A stretch of 64,000 bases of DNA. It comes from Deltaproteobacteria bacterium (lineage in GTDB: Bacteria; Desulfobacterota; Binatia; JACPRU01). Shown here piece after piece: positions 8,820-17,990 of this stretch (position 1 is its first letter; the number at the start of each line of letters is the position of its first letter). The stretch spans positions 8,275-72,274 of the forward strand of contig JACPRU010000078.1 in NCBI GenBank assembly GCA_016189835.1. Direction: 5' to 3'. The notes under the pieces are model-generated. The model was not told the origin of the DNA and made no database searches. It was given only the letters and a program-made list of their open reading frames with translations. The translations under genes were made by a program, and so were the position numbers.

Positions 8820-9134
8820 ATGGATGCCGCCCGGCCCGAAGAAGTCGGACTCGATCCGGCGCGAATCGAGCGCCTCTTCGCCACCGCCGAGCGCATGGCC
8901 GCCGCGGGCTGGATGTTCGGCGGCGCTTTCGCGCTGGCGCGCCGCGGCCGGCTGGACGCCGCCCGGCGCCGCCCGGCGCGCGCCGACGACGTCTACACGA
9001 TCCTCATGGCGTGGGCCGACCCGGCTCGCGCCCTCGTCTTCGTCGGCCTGACCGCCGGCCTCATCCACGAGCATCGCCACATCCTGCGCATGCACACGCT
9101 GTCCGACCTCGTGCAGGCCTGCGTGGTCGATTGA
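8820..9134 (+). pseudogene. in-frame collapsed remnant of a beta-lactamase-fold serine hydrolase
   Basis: 104 aa. The N-terminus PEEVGLDPARIERL...GGAFALARRG matches the start of class-C-like esterases. The C-terminus MAWADPARALVFVGLTAGL...LSDLVQACVVD matches their last ~55 residues. The ~300 aa core, including the SxxK motif, is absent. Confidence 0.55.
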
Positions 9135-9148
9135 CAGGAGCCCCTCCC

Positions 9149-10711
9149 GTGCCCCGAGCCCAGAGCGCAGTCGAGCAGATCATCCGCCACCACGCGGCGC
9201 GGCAGCCGGAGGAGACCTGGCTCAAGTGGAAGGACGGCGGCTACAGCTACGCGGAGGTGCTCTCGAACACGCAGCGCGCCGCCAACGGCCTGCTCGCGCT
9301 CGGCGTGAAGCCCGGGGAGCGCGTGGCGATCATGATGGGCAATCGCCCCGAGTTCCTCTGGGTGCACTTCGCCATCAACTTCATCGGCGCGCACTCGGTG
9401 CCGATCAACACCTCGCAGCGCGGCGCCACGCTGCAGCACATCCTCGCCAATTCGGACTCGGTCGCGGTGGTCTTCGAGAACGCGCTGCGCGACGCCGTGC
9501 TGTCGGTGAAGGACAGCGTGCCGGCGCTGCGCTCGACGGTGGTCGCCGACGGCGCGGCCGGCAAGGGCGTCGACTGGACGATCGAGAAGCTCTTCGATCA
9601 TCCCGACCGCGAGCCCGAGGTCGAGGTCGCCGAGCCCTCGGCGGCGGTCGGCATGATGTACACCTCGGGGACGACCGGCCCCCCGAAGGGCGTGGTCGCC
9701 ACCGGCTACGACATGACGCCGATGCAGACCGTGTTCCGGGTGAGCGGCGTGCAGCCGGGCGAGACCATGTACACGGCGCTGCCGCTGTTCCACGGCAACG
9801 CGCTGCTGATCTCGGCGATCGGCTCGCTCACGATCGGGGCCAAGCTGGCGCTCGCCGAGAAGTTCAGCGCCTCGCGGTTCTGGGACGACTGCCGCAAGTA
9901 CGACGCGGTCGAGTTCAACACGCTCGGCGGCATGGTCTCGATCCTCATGAAGCAGCCGCCGAAGCCGAACGACCGCGACAACCCGGTGCGCGTCGTGATC
10001 TCCGCCGCCTGCCCCGCCAACGTGTGGCGCGAGTTCGAGCAGCGCTTCGACGTGCGGCTGGTCGAGTTCTACGGCATGGTCGACTCGCCCGGCTTCCTGA
10101 TGAACGACGTCGGCAAGGTGGGCGCGATGGGCAAGCCGATCGGCGGCGTCGAGTTCCGGGTGGTCGACGATCACGATCGGCCGCTGCCGCCGGGCAAGGT
10201 CGGCGAGCTGCTGTTCCGCCACCCGCGGGGGCCGCTCACGCTCTACTACAAGCTGCCGGACGCGACCTCCGAGGCCTACCGCGGCGGCTGGTTCCACTCC
10301 GGCGACCTCGCCGAATACGACGCCGAGGGCTTCTATTACTTCCGCGGCCGCAAGAAGGCCTCGATGCGCCGCCGCGGCGAGAACATCTCCGCGTGGGAGG
10401 TGGAGTCGGTGCTGAACGAGCATCCCGCGGTGCTCGAGTCGGCCGCCTACGCGGTGCCATCCGAGCTCGGCGAGGACGAGGTGATGGTGGCGGTGATCGT
10501 CCGACCGGGAGTGAGGCTGACGCCGGCGGAGCTGCTGGATTTCTGCCAGGGCAGGATGGCGCATTACGCCGTCCCGCGCTACGTTGACTTCGTGGAGGAC
10601 ATCCCCAAGACCGGCACGCAGCGCGTGCAGTACGGCGTGCTTCGCGAACGGGGCATCACCCCGACCGCCTGGGACCGCGAACGGGCCGGCTATCAGGTGT
10701 CGAAGAAATGA
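9149..10711 (+). CDS. ATP-dependent acyl-CoA synthetase (AMP-forming)
   Basis: GTG 9149 lies 8 nt after AGGAG. MMYTSGTTGPPKGV, WFHSGDLAEYDAEGFYYFRGRKK and the PKTGTQRV motifs are present. Confidence 0.85.
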   Translation: MPRAQSAVEQIIRHHAARQPEETWLKWKDGGYSYAEVLSNTQRAANGLLALGVKPGERVAIMMGNRPEFLWVHFAINFIGAHSVPINTSQRGATLQHILANSDSVAVVFENALRDAVLSVKDSVPALRSTVVADGAAGKGVDWTIEKLFDHPDREPEVEVAEPSAAVGMMYTSGTTGPPKGVVATGYDMTPMQTVFRVSGVQPGETMYTALPLFHGNALLISAIGSLTIGAKLALAEKFSASRFWDDCRKYDAVEFNTLGGMVSILMKQPPKPNDRDNPVRVVISAACPANVWREFEQRFDVRLVEFYGMVDSPGFLMNDVGKVGAMGKPIGGVEFRVVDDHDRPLPPGKVGELLFRHPRGPLTLYYKLPDATSEAYRGGWFHSGDLAEYDAEGFYYFRGRKKASMRRRGENISAWEVESVLNEHPAVLESAAYAVPSELGEDEVMVAVIVRPGVRLTPAELLDFCQGRMAHYAVPRYVDFVEDIPKTGTQRVQYGVLRERGITPTAWDRERAGYQVSKK

Positions 10712-10767
10712 GGGAAGGCCGGCGGCCCGAGCGCGGGTCGGCGGCCCAGACTCGCAGGAGATCGAAC

Positions 10768-11997
10768 ATGGCTGAGAACGTCGTCGTCGCAGGCATCGGC
10801 ATGACGCGCTTCGGGAAGTATCTCGAGCGGGGCGTTCGCTCGCTGGCCGAGGAGGCCGTCGGCGACGTGTTGAAGGACGCCGGAGTGGAGCCGAAGCAGG
10901 TCCAGACGGCCTACTTCGCCAACGCCGTCGCCGGTCTCATGACCGGACAGGAGATGATCCGCGGCCAGGTGGCGCTGCGCAACACCGGCCTGCTCGGCAT
11001 TCCGATCTTCAACGTGGAGAACGCCTGTGCCTCGGCGGCCTCCGCGTTCCACCTGGCGTGGATGGCGATCGCCTCCGGCCAGTACGACGTGGCGCTCGCG
11101 GTCGGCGCGGAGAAGCTGTTCCACGAGGACAAGTCGCGGGCGTTCCGGGCCATCGGCGCCGCGGTCGACCTCGAAGCGATCAACGACCTGAAGAAGAGGA
11201 TGGCCGAGGCCGCGCAGGCCAGCGGCAAGCCGCCGGACGAGAAGGGCGGCCAGAACCGCTCGTTCTTCATGGACATCTACGCGACGATGACCCGCGAGTA
11301 CATGAAGCAGAGCGGCGCGACCGCCGAGGATTTCGCCGACGTGGCGGTCAAGAACCACGACCACGGCGCGCTCAACCCCAAGGCGCAATACCGCAACCGC
11401 TGCACCCGCGAGGAGGTGCTCGCATCGCGCGACATCTCGCCGCCGCTCACGCTGATGATGTGCTCGCCGATCGGCGACGGCGCCGCCGCGGCGATCCTCT
11501 GCTCGGAGAAGGCCGCGCGCACGCTGGGGGTTCGCCGGCCGATCACGGTGCGCGCCTCGGTGCTGGTCTCCGGCCGCGACCGCAAGGCCGACGAGCCGGG
11601 AGCCGCGGAGCGCGCGGCGGAGCGCGCTTACCAAATCGCCGGCGTCGGCCCCGAGGACATCGACGTGGCCGAGATCCACGACGCGGCGGCGCCCGCCGAG
11701 CTGATGATCTACGAGGACCTGGGCTTCTGCAAGCGAGGCGAAGGCCCGCGCCTGCTGCGCAGCGGCACGACCAAGCTCGGCGGCAAGCACGTCGTCAACC
11801 CGAGCGGCGGCTTGCTCGCCAAGGGGCACCCGATCGGCGCTACCGGGATCGCGCAGATCGTCGAGATCTGCGAGCAGCTTCGCGGCACGGCCGGCGACCG
11901 GCAGGTGAAGGGCGCGAAGATCGGCCTGACCGAGAACGGCGGCGGCTTCCTCGGCCGCGACGCGGCGGCGATGTCCGTCCACGTCTTCGGCGCCTGA
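10768..11997 (+). CDS. thiolase-family acetyl-CoA acyltransferase (SCP-x-like)
   Basis: ATG 10768 follows AGGAG. NVENACASAASAF (active-site Cys), NPSGGLLAKGHPIGATG and ENGGG motifs are present. Confidence 0.85.
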   Translation: MAENVVVAGIGMTRFGKYLERGVRSLAEEAVGDVLKDAGVEPKQVQTAYFANAVAGLMTGQEMIRGQVALRNTGLLGIPIFNVENACASAASAFHLAWMAIASGQYDVALAVGAEKLFHEDKSRAFRAIGAAVDLEAINDLKKRMAEAAQASGKPPDEKGGQNRSFFMDIYATMTREYMKQSGATAEDFADVAVKNHDHGALNPKAQYRNRCTREEVLASRDISPPLTLMMCSPIGDGAAAAILCSEKAARTLGVRRPITVRASVLVSGRDRKADEPGAAERAAERAYQIAGVGPEDIDVAEIHDAAAPAELMIYEDLGFCKRGEGPRLLRSGTTKLGGKHVVNPSGGLLAKGHPIGATGIAQIVEICEQLRGTAGDRQVKGAKIGLTENGGGFLGRDAAAMSVHVFGA

Positions 11998-12000
11998 AGC

Positions 12001-12047
12001 GTCGGGAGTCTTTTCGCGGTTCCCGCGAAAAGACTCCCGACCCCTTT
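12001..12047. repeat. REP-like palindromic element, full copy (probable bidirectional terminator)
   Basis: Arms GTCGGGAGTCTTTTCGCGG (12001-12019) and CCGCGAAAAGACTCCCGAC (12023-12041) are perfect complements, followed by CCCCTTTCTT. It sits between the convergent thiolase and cofD genes. Same core as copies at 25885, 51009, 14398 and 45829. Confidence 0.8.
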
Positions 12048-12048
12048 C

Positions 12049-12984
12049 TTACGTGCGGCCGATGAGCGCGCCGAGCGCGCCCGCCAGCCGCGACTCGTCG
12101 AGGATGTCGGCGGTCACGGCGCGCAAGCCGAGACGCGCGATCGCCTCCACCTCGCCGGCGTCGCTCTCGTCGAGAACGAACGCGTCGACGAGATTTCGGT
12201 AGCGGACGGCGATCGACGCCGGCCGGTCGGCCAGCCCGGCGGCCTCGAGCACTCGGCGGCGCGCCCGCGCATGGTGCTCGATGCTCGCGCTCGCGCTCGG
12301 CCGGGCGCAGACCACCGGCGACACCGCCAAGCGGCGAGGCACGCGGCGCATCGCCGCCTCCATCCCGTCGAGCGCGAGGATCGGGCCGATGCTGGTCAGC
12401 GGGTTGCTCGGCGCCAGCACGACGGCATCGGCTCGAGCGAGCGCGCCGAGCGCCGCCTCGGCGGCGGCGCCGCCGGCGGGCACGGTCTCGGCGACCACCG
12501 GCTGCGCGTGCTCGCGGACGTACCATTCCTGGAAATCGAGCCGGCGCCCGTCGGCGAGGCGCAGGCGGGTCGGGCTCGGACGGTCGCTCGCCGGCAGCAG
12601 CCCCGCGCCGCGCACGCCGAGGCGCCGGGCGAGATCGGCGGTGACCTCGGTGAGGCTGCGGCCCTCGCCGAGCATCCGCGCGCGCTCGAGGTGCAGCGCG
12701 AGATCCCGGTCGCCGATGCCGAACCACACCGCGGCGCCGAGGCCGCGCAATCCGTCGCGCACCGCGAACGTCTCGCCTCGCCGCCCCCATCCGCGCACCC
12801 CGTCCCACAGGCCGGCCAGGGCATAGGCGATCGAATCGAGATCCGGGCAGACCTTGAGACCCATCCACTCGAGGTCGTCGCCGACGTTGGCGATCACGTC
12901 GAGGCTGCCGGGGCCGATCTCCCGGGCGAGCGCGGGAGCCAGTCGGGCACCGCCGAGTCCACCGGCCAGCAGGACGACGTGCAT
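12049..12984 (-). CDS. cofD: 2-phospho-L-lactate transferase (F420 biosynthesis)
   Basis: 311 aa. MHVVLLAGGLGGARL, VGDD...CPDLDS and VVLAPSNPLTSIGPIL are the CofD/FbiA signature regions. Confidence 0.8.
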   Translation of the reverse strand: MHVVLLAGGLGGARLAPALAREIGPGSLDVIANVGDDLEWMGLKVCPDLDSIAYALAGLWDGVRGWGRRGETFAVRDGLRGLGAAVWFGIGDRDLALHLERARMLGEGRSLTEVTADLARRLGVRGAGLLPASDRPSPTRLRLADGRRLDFQEWYVREHAQPVVAETVPAGGAAAEAALGALARADAVVLAPSNPLTSIGPILALDGMEAAMRRVPRRLAVSPVVCARPSASASIEHHARARRRVLEAAGLADRPASIAVRYRNLVDAFVLDESDAGEVEAIARLGLRAVTADILDESRLAGALGALIGRT

Positions 12985-12995
12985 GATGGAGGCTT

Positions 12996-13032
12996 AACAA
13001 AAAGGGCGGCCGGAGGCATCTGCGACCGCCCT
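12996..13032 (-). terminator. candidate intrinsic terminator downstream of the Ycf48-like gene
   Basis: On the minus strand the stem AGGGCGG/CCGCCCT (13032-13026 pairs with 13009-13003) has a 16-nt loop and is followed by TTTTTGTT. Confidence 0.4.
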
Positions 13033-13192
13033 CGCAGCTCACCGCGGGAGGCCGTCCGGCCCGGCGGTGCCCTTGCGGCGCCTGCCGCGCCGCCCCGCGG
13101 TCGAGTCGGCCCCGACCTAGCGGCTCGACTGCCGCGTCGTCCGCCCCACGCCCGTCGCCGCTCGGGGCACCGCCGCGCGGCTCACGACCGGC

Positions 13193-14269
13193 TCATCCGA
13201 GGCAGACCTTCCACGACTTTCCGCCGTCTTCGCTGCGCAGGATCGTTCCGTAGCCTCCCACCAGCCACCCGTTCTGGGCGTCGGCGAAGTCGACCGAGCG
13301 AAGCCACGTGTAGACCGGCATGCCGAGGTCGGCGCGAGTCCACTCCGTCTGCCCGGCGGGGAGACGCACGACCTCCCCCGCCGCCCCGACCGCCCAGGCG
13401 GTGCCGTCGGCGGTGACGTAGGGCTGGTAGAGCGGATCGGCGAGCGGAAAAGCGAGCTTCATCGGCTCGAAGCGCCAGGTCGCGCCACCGTCCCGCGTGC
13501 GCGCGATCCGGCCGTCGAGGCCAGCCGCCAGGGCTTCCCGATCGTTGATCACGAACTGACCGAAGAACGTCGGCAAGTTCATCGCATCGACGATGCCCGA
13601 CTCGGGAGTCATCAGCGTGTTCTGGCGGGCGGTCCAGGTCTGGCCGCCGTCGATGGTTCTCAGCAGCTGTCCGAACTCTCCCGAGATCCAGCCGTTGCGC
13701 TCGTCCGTGAAGCGCACGTCGTAGAAGATCGGATCCTGCATGGCGAGCGCCATCTCGGACTCGCTGTCCTGCGGCGCGAGCGCCACCTGGCGTGCCTGCC
13801 AGGTCTGGCCGCCGTCGCTGGTCTCGGCGAGGGTCGATCGGTCGCCGACCGCGAAGCCGCGGCTCTCGTTCAGGAAGTACACCGAGAACAGGTAGACCTT
13901 GGTGCCGCTGTCCTGCTTCTGCCAGGTCTTGCCGCCGTCGGCCGAATGCAGGATCAGCCCCTTCTGCCCGACCACCCACAGCCGGTTGCCGACGGCCGCG
14001 ATCTTGTAGAGCGCGAGGTCGGTGCCGCCGTCGATGCGGGCGAAGCTCGTACCCCCGTCGTCGGTCGCGAGCATCTTGCCGCCGTAGCCGACGATCAGCG
14101 CCCGGGTCGGTGACAGCGCCTTCACGTCGTAGAACTTGTCCGAGAAGTAGATGTTCTGATCGCTGAGCGGCACGTTCTCCACCTGGGAGTGACAGGCCCC
14201 GAGCGTCACACCCAAGCCGAGCGCGGCGGCGGCGATCCCCAGGCGTACCTTGATCCTGCTCACGACCAC
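13193..14269 (-). CDS. Ycf48/Hcf136-like BNR-repeat beta-propeller lipoprotein
   Basis: Repeated SxDGGxTW motifs (TDDGGTSF, SADGGKTWQ, TSDGGQTWQ, TIDGGQTWT, TRDGGATWR, SEDGGKSWK). GTG 14269 lies 9 nt after GGAG and gives the signal peptide VVVSRIKVRLGIAAAALGLGVTLGAC with a lipobox. The ATG 14341 of the ORF track is probably too far upstream. Confidence 0.75.
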   Translation of the reverse strand: MVVSRIKVRLGIAAAALGLGVTLGACHSQVENVPLSDQNIYFSDKFYDVKALSPTRALIVGYGGKMLATDDGGTSFARIDGGTDLALYKIAAVGNRLWVVGQKGLILHSADGGKTWQKQDSGTKVYLFSVYFLNESRGFAVGDRSTLAETSDGGQTWQARQVALAPQDSESEMALAMQDPIFYDVRFTDERNGWISGEFGQLLRTIDGGQTWTARQNTLMTPESGIVDAMNLPTFFGQFVINDREALAAGLDGRIARTRDGGATWRFEPMKLAFPLADPLYQPYVTADGTAWAVGAAGEVVRLPAGQTEWTRADLGMPVYTWLRSVDFADAQNGWLVGGYGTILRSEDGGKSWKVCLG

Positions 14270-14330
14270 GGCCAAGCACTCCTTCTGAACCGCAACCGAG
14301 CGGCCATCCGAGCCATGAAAAGCCGAACTG

Positions 14331-14360
14331 CTCCTACCCAATAGATTCTTCGAGTGTCAA
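14331..14360 (-). promoter_or_regulatory. candidate sigma70-type promoter for the Ycf48-like gene
   Basis: On the minus strand a perfect TTGACA (14360-14355) is followed by an 18-nt spacer and TAGGAG (14336-14331). It lies in an unusually AT-rich patch about 60 nt upstream of GTG 14269. Confidence 0.35.
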
Positions 14361-14397
14361 GAAATTCCGAGAGTTAGCCGCGCTCGCAGAACCTCCT

Positions 14398-14427
14398 CCC
14401 GAAAAAGACTCTCGACCCCTTTTCGGG
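14398..14427. repeat. REP-like element, degenerate half copy forming its own small hairpin
   Basis: GAAAAAGACTCTCGACCCCTTTTC matches the right arm of the family with one mismatch. The flanking CCCGAAAA/TTTTCGGG can pair. It lies between the NTF2-like gene and the Ycf48-like gene. Confidence 0.6.
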
Positions 14428-14435
14428 CGTCATGG

Positions 14436-14921
14436 CTACGGCGGCTGCTTGGGGAACCACTTGGCGATCTCCGCGGCCTCGATCACCTCCTTCTGGCGAT
14501 CGATCTTCCAGCCGCCGTCTTCCTTGATCAGCGTGTACAGCTCGTATTCGTCGATGCCCAGTTGGTTCAAGAACTTGTCCTGCGACGAGAGCAGGTTCGG
14601 CACCACCGCTTCGTCGCCCTCGAGCTGGGCCTTGCCGACCTTGAAATCGAAGATCTTGACTTCGGAGAAGGCGAAGATGTACTGCGACTCCTTGACCCAG
14701 ACCTCCTTGGGCTTGACCAGCCCGGTCTTGCGATCGGTCTTCATCGCCTTCGACACCAGCTCGTAAGCCGCGTCGAACCGCTGGTCCTGGATCGCCGACA
14801 GGTAGCGCCGCAGTGCCTCTTCCGGCGACAGATCCTCGCCGAGGCACGGCGCGCCGAGCGCCGCCGCCGCGACGAACGCGACCAGCAGGAGCCCGATTCT
14901 TCGCCAGCGCAGCTCGGCCAT
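14436..14921 (-). CDS. secreted NTF2-like/DUF4878-like small protein
   Basis: ATG 14921 lies 6 nt after GGAGG. Signal peptide MAELRWRRIGLLLVAFVAAAALGA. ALRRYLSAIQDQRFDAAYELVS and the C-terminal EDGGWKI are typical of NTF2-like lipoprotein folds. Confidence 0.6.
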   Translation of the reverse strand: MAELRWRRIGLLLVAFVAAAALGAPCLGEDLSPEEALRRYLSAIQDQRFDAAYELVSKAMKTDRKTGLVKPKEVWVKESQYIFAFSEVKIFDFKVGKAQLEGDEAVVPNLLSSQDKFLNQLGIDEYELYTLIKEDGGWKIDRQKEVIEAAEIAKWFPKQPP

Positions 14922-15114
14922 CGACGACCTCCGGGGTGCCAACGCCTGCTTAGAGTATGGGCCGCCGGATTACAATTCACCGATCTCGCGGGCTGTTCGA
15001 AAGATTCCCGGCGCTGCGCCCAAAAGAGGGTTGTCGACCCTCGGCCCGCCGGCCGACGATCCCGCCGACGTCGAGCCATGACCGGCGGTGGGGCGGTCGG
15101 CGCACGGAGGGGAT

Positions 15115-16314
15115 ATGCCGCACTGGTTCGTGATCTGGGCCTCCTTGGGGGCAGCGACCCTGGCATGGACGGCGACCAGCGCCGAGGCCAGCGTGATCAG
15201 CTCGCCGAGCCTCGGCGGGCGAAACTCCGGGATGGGCGGCGCCGACGTGGCGACGCCGGAGGACGGGCCCGGGATCCTGCTCTCGAACCCCGCCGGCGTC
15301 GTCGGTCAGAGCGGCACGCGCTTCAACGTCAGCTGGTTCACGATCTTCTTCGACGGCCACTACCAGCGGCCCGACCTTGGTTACGATACCAAGAGCAGCG
15401 AGATCCCCATCGCTCCCACGCTGTGGCTTTCGACCGACCGCCTCGCGCCCTGGTTCGTCGGCGCCGGCGTGTACGGCTCGGTGGGCGCGTCGTTCAACTT
15501 CCCGGGCAACCCCGCCGTGGGGATCCCGAACCGTTTCTTCAGCGAGATGACCACCATCCATCTCGGCCTGGTGGCGGGCCGCGAGATCGCTCCCGGCCTG
15601 CGCCTCGCGATCCAGCCGATGCCCACCTACGGGAGGGCCCGCGCGCACTACCCGAGCCCGTTCGGTCCGGTCTCCTTCGACATCGCCGGCGCGGGGATCG
15701 CCGGAATGGTCGGCCTGCTCTACGACGTCGACGAGCGCACGACGCTCGGCGTCGGCTACCGCTCGCCGGGGATCGTCTACATGAGCGGCGACGGCGAAGT
15801 CGGCCCGGCCGCGGAGCACGTAGACTGGAACCTGCACCTGCCGCAATCCGTGAACTTCGGGCTCGCCCGCCAGATCACCCCACGCCTGCTGGTGGCGGCC
15901 AACGCGCGCTGGACGGACTACGGCCAGTTCGAGAAGGGGCAGCTCGACTTCCGCGCCGCTGAGCACGCCGCGCTCGATCACGGGCCGTTCTCCGCGACGC
16001 GAGCAACCTTCCGCTACGGCCTCGGCCTGGAGTATGCTCTGGTGAAGGATCACGTGTGGCTGCGCGGCGGGGCCTCGCGTGAGCAATGGATGATGGAGGG
16101 CTCGTCGCTGTCCCCGGTGATCTACGACACCGGCGACGTGCTGTTCGCCATCGGCCTCGGCGCCGCGTACGCCAACTGGGGCGTCGACTTCATCGCCGGC
16201 ATCCCGTACCAGGAGGACCGCGTGGTCACCGCCGCCGAGAACCCCGCCTTCCCGGGGCGCTATTCAGGCGGCGGAGGGGTCGCCGGGATCTCCGTCACGT
16301 ACCGCTTGGACTAG
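15115..16314 (+). CDS. FadL/TodX-family outer-membrane hydrophobic-compound channel
   Basis: ATG 15115 follows GGAGGGG and is followed by a signal peptide. GGRNSGMGGADVATPEDGPGILLSNPAG at the N-terminus and a terminal ...GISVTYRLD beta-strand are typical of the FadL family. Confidence 0.75.
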   Translation: MPHWFVIWASLGAATLAWTATSAEASVISSPSLGGRNSGMGGADVATPEDGPGILLSNPAGVVGQSGTRFNVSWFTIFFDGHYQRPDLGYDTKSSEIPIAPTLWLSTDRLAPWFVGAGVYGSVGASFNFPGNPAVGIPNRFFSEMTTIHLGLVAGREIAPGLRLAIQPMPTYGRARAHYPSPFGPVSFDIAGAGIAGMVGLLYDVDERTTLGVGYRSPGIVYMSGDGEVGPAAEHVDWNLHLPQSVNFGLARQITPRLLVAANARWTDYGQFEKGQLDFRAAEHAALDHGPFSATRATFRYGLGLEYALVKDHVWLRGGASREQWMMEGSSLSPVIYDTGDVLFAIGLGAAYANWGVDFIAGIPYQEDRVVTAAENPAFPGRYSGGGGVAGISVTYRLD

Positions 16315-16370
16315 GCGCGTTGGCCAGCGACCGACCCGACCCGCCGCGCGATTCCCGCCGTCAGGCGACG

Positions 16371-16742
16371 ATGTTCACCGGCGGCTGTCACTGCGGGCGG
16401 GTGCGCTTCCGCGTCGAGGCGACGCTCGAGCGCGTGACCGAGTGCAATTGCTCGGTCTGCTCGAAGAAGGGATTCCTCCACCTGATCGTGCCGCGCGAGC
16501 GCTTCGAGCTGCTCGCCGGAGCCGACGAGCTGTCGACCTACCGCTTCAACACCGGGGTCGCGCAGCATCTGTTTTGCCGCCACTGCGGCATCCACTCTTT
16601 CTACGTGCCGCGCTCGGATCCCGACAAGATCGACGTCAACGTGCGCTGCCTCGACGGCGTCGATCTCTCGGCGGTCCGCCCGCTTCCCTTCGACGGACGG
16701 CACTGGGACGAATCGATGGCCGCGCGTCCCCCCTGGCGCTGA
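16371..16742 (+). CDS. GFA/CENP-V family protein (glutathione-dependent formaldehyde-activating enzyme-like)
   Basis: 123 aa. GGCHCGRVRF...CNCSVCSKKG...FCRHCG is the zinc-binding Cys pattern of GFA domains. Confidence 0.8.
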   Translation: MFTGGCHCGRVRFRVEATLERVTECNCSVCSKKGFLHLIVPRERFELLAGADELSTYRFNTGVAQHLFCRHCGIHSFYVPRSDPDKIDVNVRCLDGVDLSAVRPLPFDGRHWDESMAARPPWR

Positions 16743-16802
16743 AGCGGCGGGTCTCGCGGCCGCGTCATGCCGCCTCCACGGCGCGCGGGAGCGACGTTCC
16801 GG

Positions 16803-17990
16803 TCAGTGCGGCAGGCCGACCAGGCGCCGCGCCATGACGATGCGCTGGATCTGGCCGGTGCCTTCGACGATGTCCATCGCCTTGACGTCGCGGTAGAGCT
16901 TCTCCACGTAGTGCTCGCTCGCCACGCCGGCGTCGCCGAGGATCTCCACGGCGAGGCTCGTCGCCTCCTGGGCGATCTGCGGGCAGAACGCCTTGGCCAT
17001 CGACGCCTCGACCTCGTTCGGCTGCTCGGCGTCGGCGAGCCACGCGGCGCGCCAGCACAGCAGTCGGCCGACCTCGATCTTGCGCGCCATGCGGGCGAGC
17101 TTCTCGCGGTAGCGCTGGTAGCGCGGGATCGGACGGTCGAGCCGGTAGTGCTGGCGCGCGAAATCGCGGGCGGCGTCGTAGGCGGCGCGGGCGATGCCGA
17201 TCGCCATCACGGCGATCGCCGGGCGCGTCGCGTTGAAGCTCTTCATCGCTCCCTTGAAGCCGGCCCGGCCCGCGTAGTGCGCCTCGCCGCCGAGCAGGTG
17301 CAGCGCCGGGACCCGGCAGTCGCGCAGCGTGAACGACGAGCTCTCGTAGGCGATGAGCCCCATCTTGTGCTCGTAGCGCAGGTCCTCCAGACCCGGGGTG
17401 CCGCGCTCGACGATGAACGCGCGATGGCCGGCGCGGCCGAGCGACTTGTCGATCGTCGCCCACACCACGATCCACTCGGCGCGCATCGAGTTCGAGATGA
17501 ACGTCTTGGCGCCGTTCAGGATCCATGCGTCGCCGTCGCGCACGGCGCTGGTCTGGATGCCGGCGACGTCGCTGCCGGCGCCGGGCTCGGTCATGCCGAA
17601 CGCCGCCCAGTGCGGGCGGGTGGTGTCGCGAAACGGCGCGAGGAAGCGCTCCTTCTGCTCGGGCGTGCCCATCGACAGCAGCGGCGGCCCGCCCAGACCG
17701 AGGCCGGGCAACGCCACCGACATGCCGCGGTCCCAGTACGACATCTCCTCGGCGAGCAGCACGCCGCGCCGCGCGGCGGTGCGCGGCCCGCCCGCGGCGC
17801 GCGGCTCCTCCACGCCGATCGGCTGGCCGATGCCCTGCTGCCAGGCGAGCAGGAAGAAGGGATGCTCCGGCGGCACGGGCTCGCGCTTGCGATCCGCCTC
17901 GATTCCCAGCGGACGGAGGTAGCGCCGGCCGAGCTCGCGGGCGCGCTCGAGCTGAGCCCCAGCCTCGGCGCCGATCTCGAACGTGATCAT
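16803..17990 (-). CDS. acyl-CoA dehydrogenase
   Basis: 395 aa from ATG 17990; the longer ORF 16803..19103 is a read-through artefact. AAFGMTEPGAGSDVAGIQTSA, GAKTFISN and LYRDVKAMDIVEGTGQIQR motifs are present. Confidence 0.85.
   Translation of the reverse strand: MITFEIGAEAGAQLERARELGRRYLRPLGIEADRKREPVPPEHPFFLLAWQQGIGQPIGVEEPRAAGGPRTAARRGVLLAEEMSYWDRGMSVALPGLGLGGPPLLSMGTPEQKERFLAPFRDTTRPHWAAFGMTEPGAGSDVAGIQTSAVRDGDAWILNGAKTFISNSMRAEWIVVWATIDKSLGRAGHRAFIVERGTPGLEDLRYEHKMGLIAYESSSFTLRDCRVPALHLLGGEAHYAGRAGFKGAMKSFNATRPAIAVMAIGIARAAYDAARDFARQHYRLDRPIPRYQRYREKLARMARKIEVGRLLCWRAAWLADAEQPNEVEASMAKAFCPQIAQEATSLAVEILGDAGVASEHYVEKLYRDVKAMDIVEGTGQIQRIVMARRLVGLPH

Noticed and set aside
14270-14341. ATG 14341 as the start of the Ycf48-like gene
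   Set aside because: It would place 24 non-signal-like residues before the lipoprotein signal peptide, and it overlaps the putative promoter. GTG 14269, with GGAG 9 nt upstream, is preferred.
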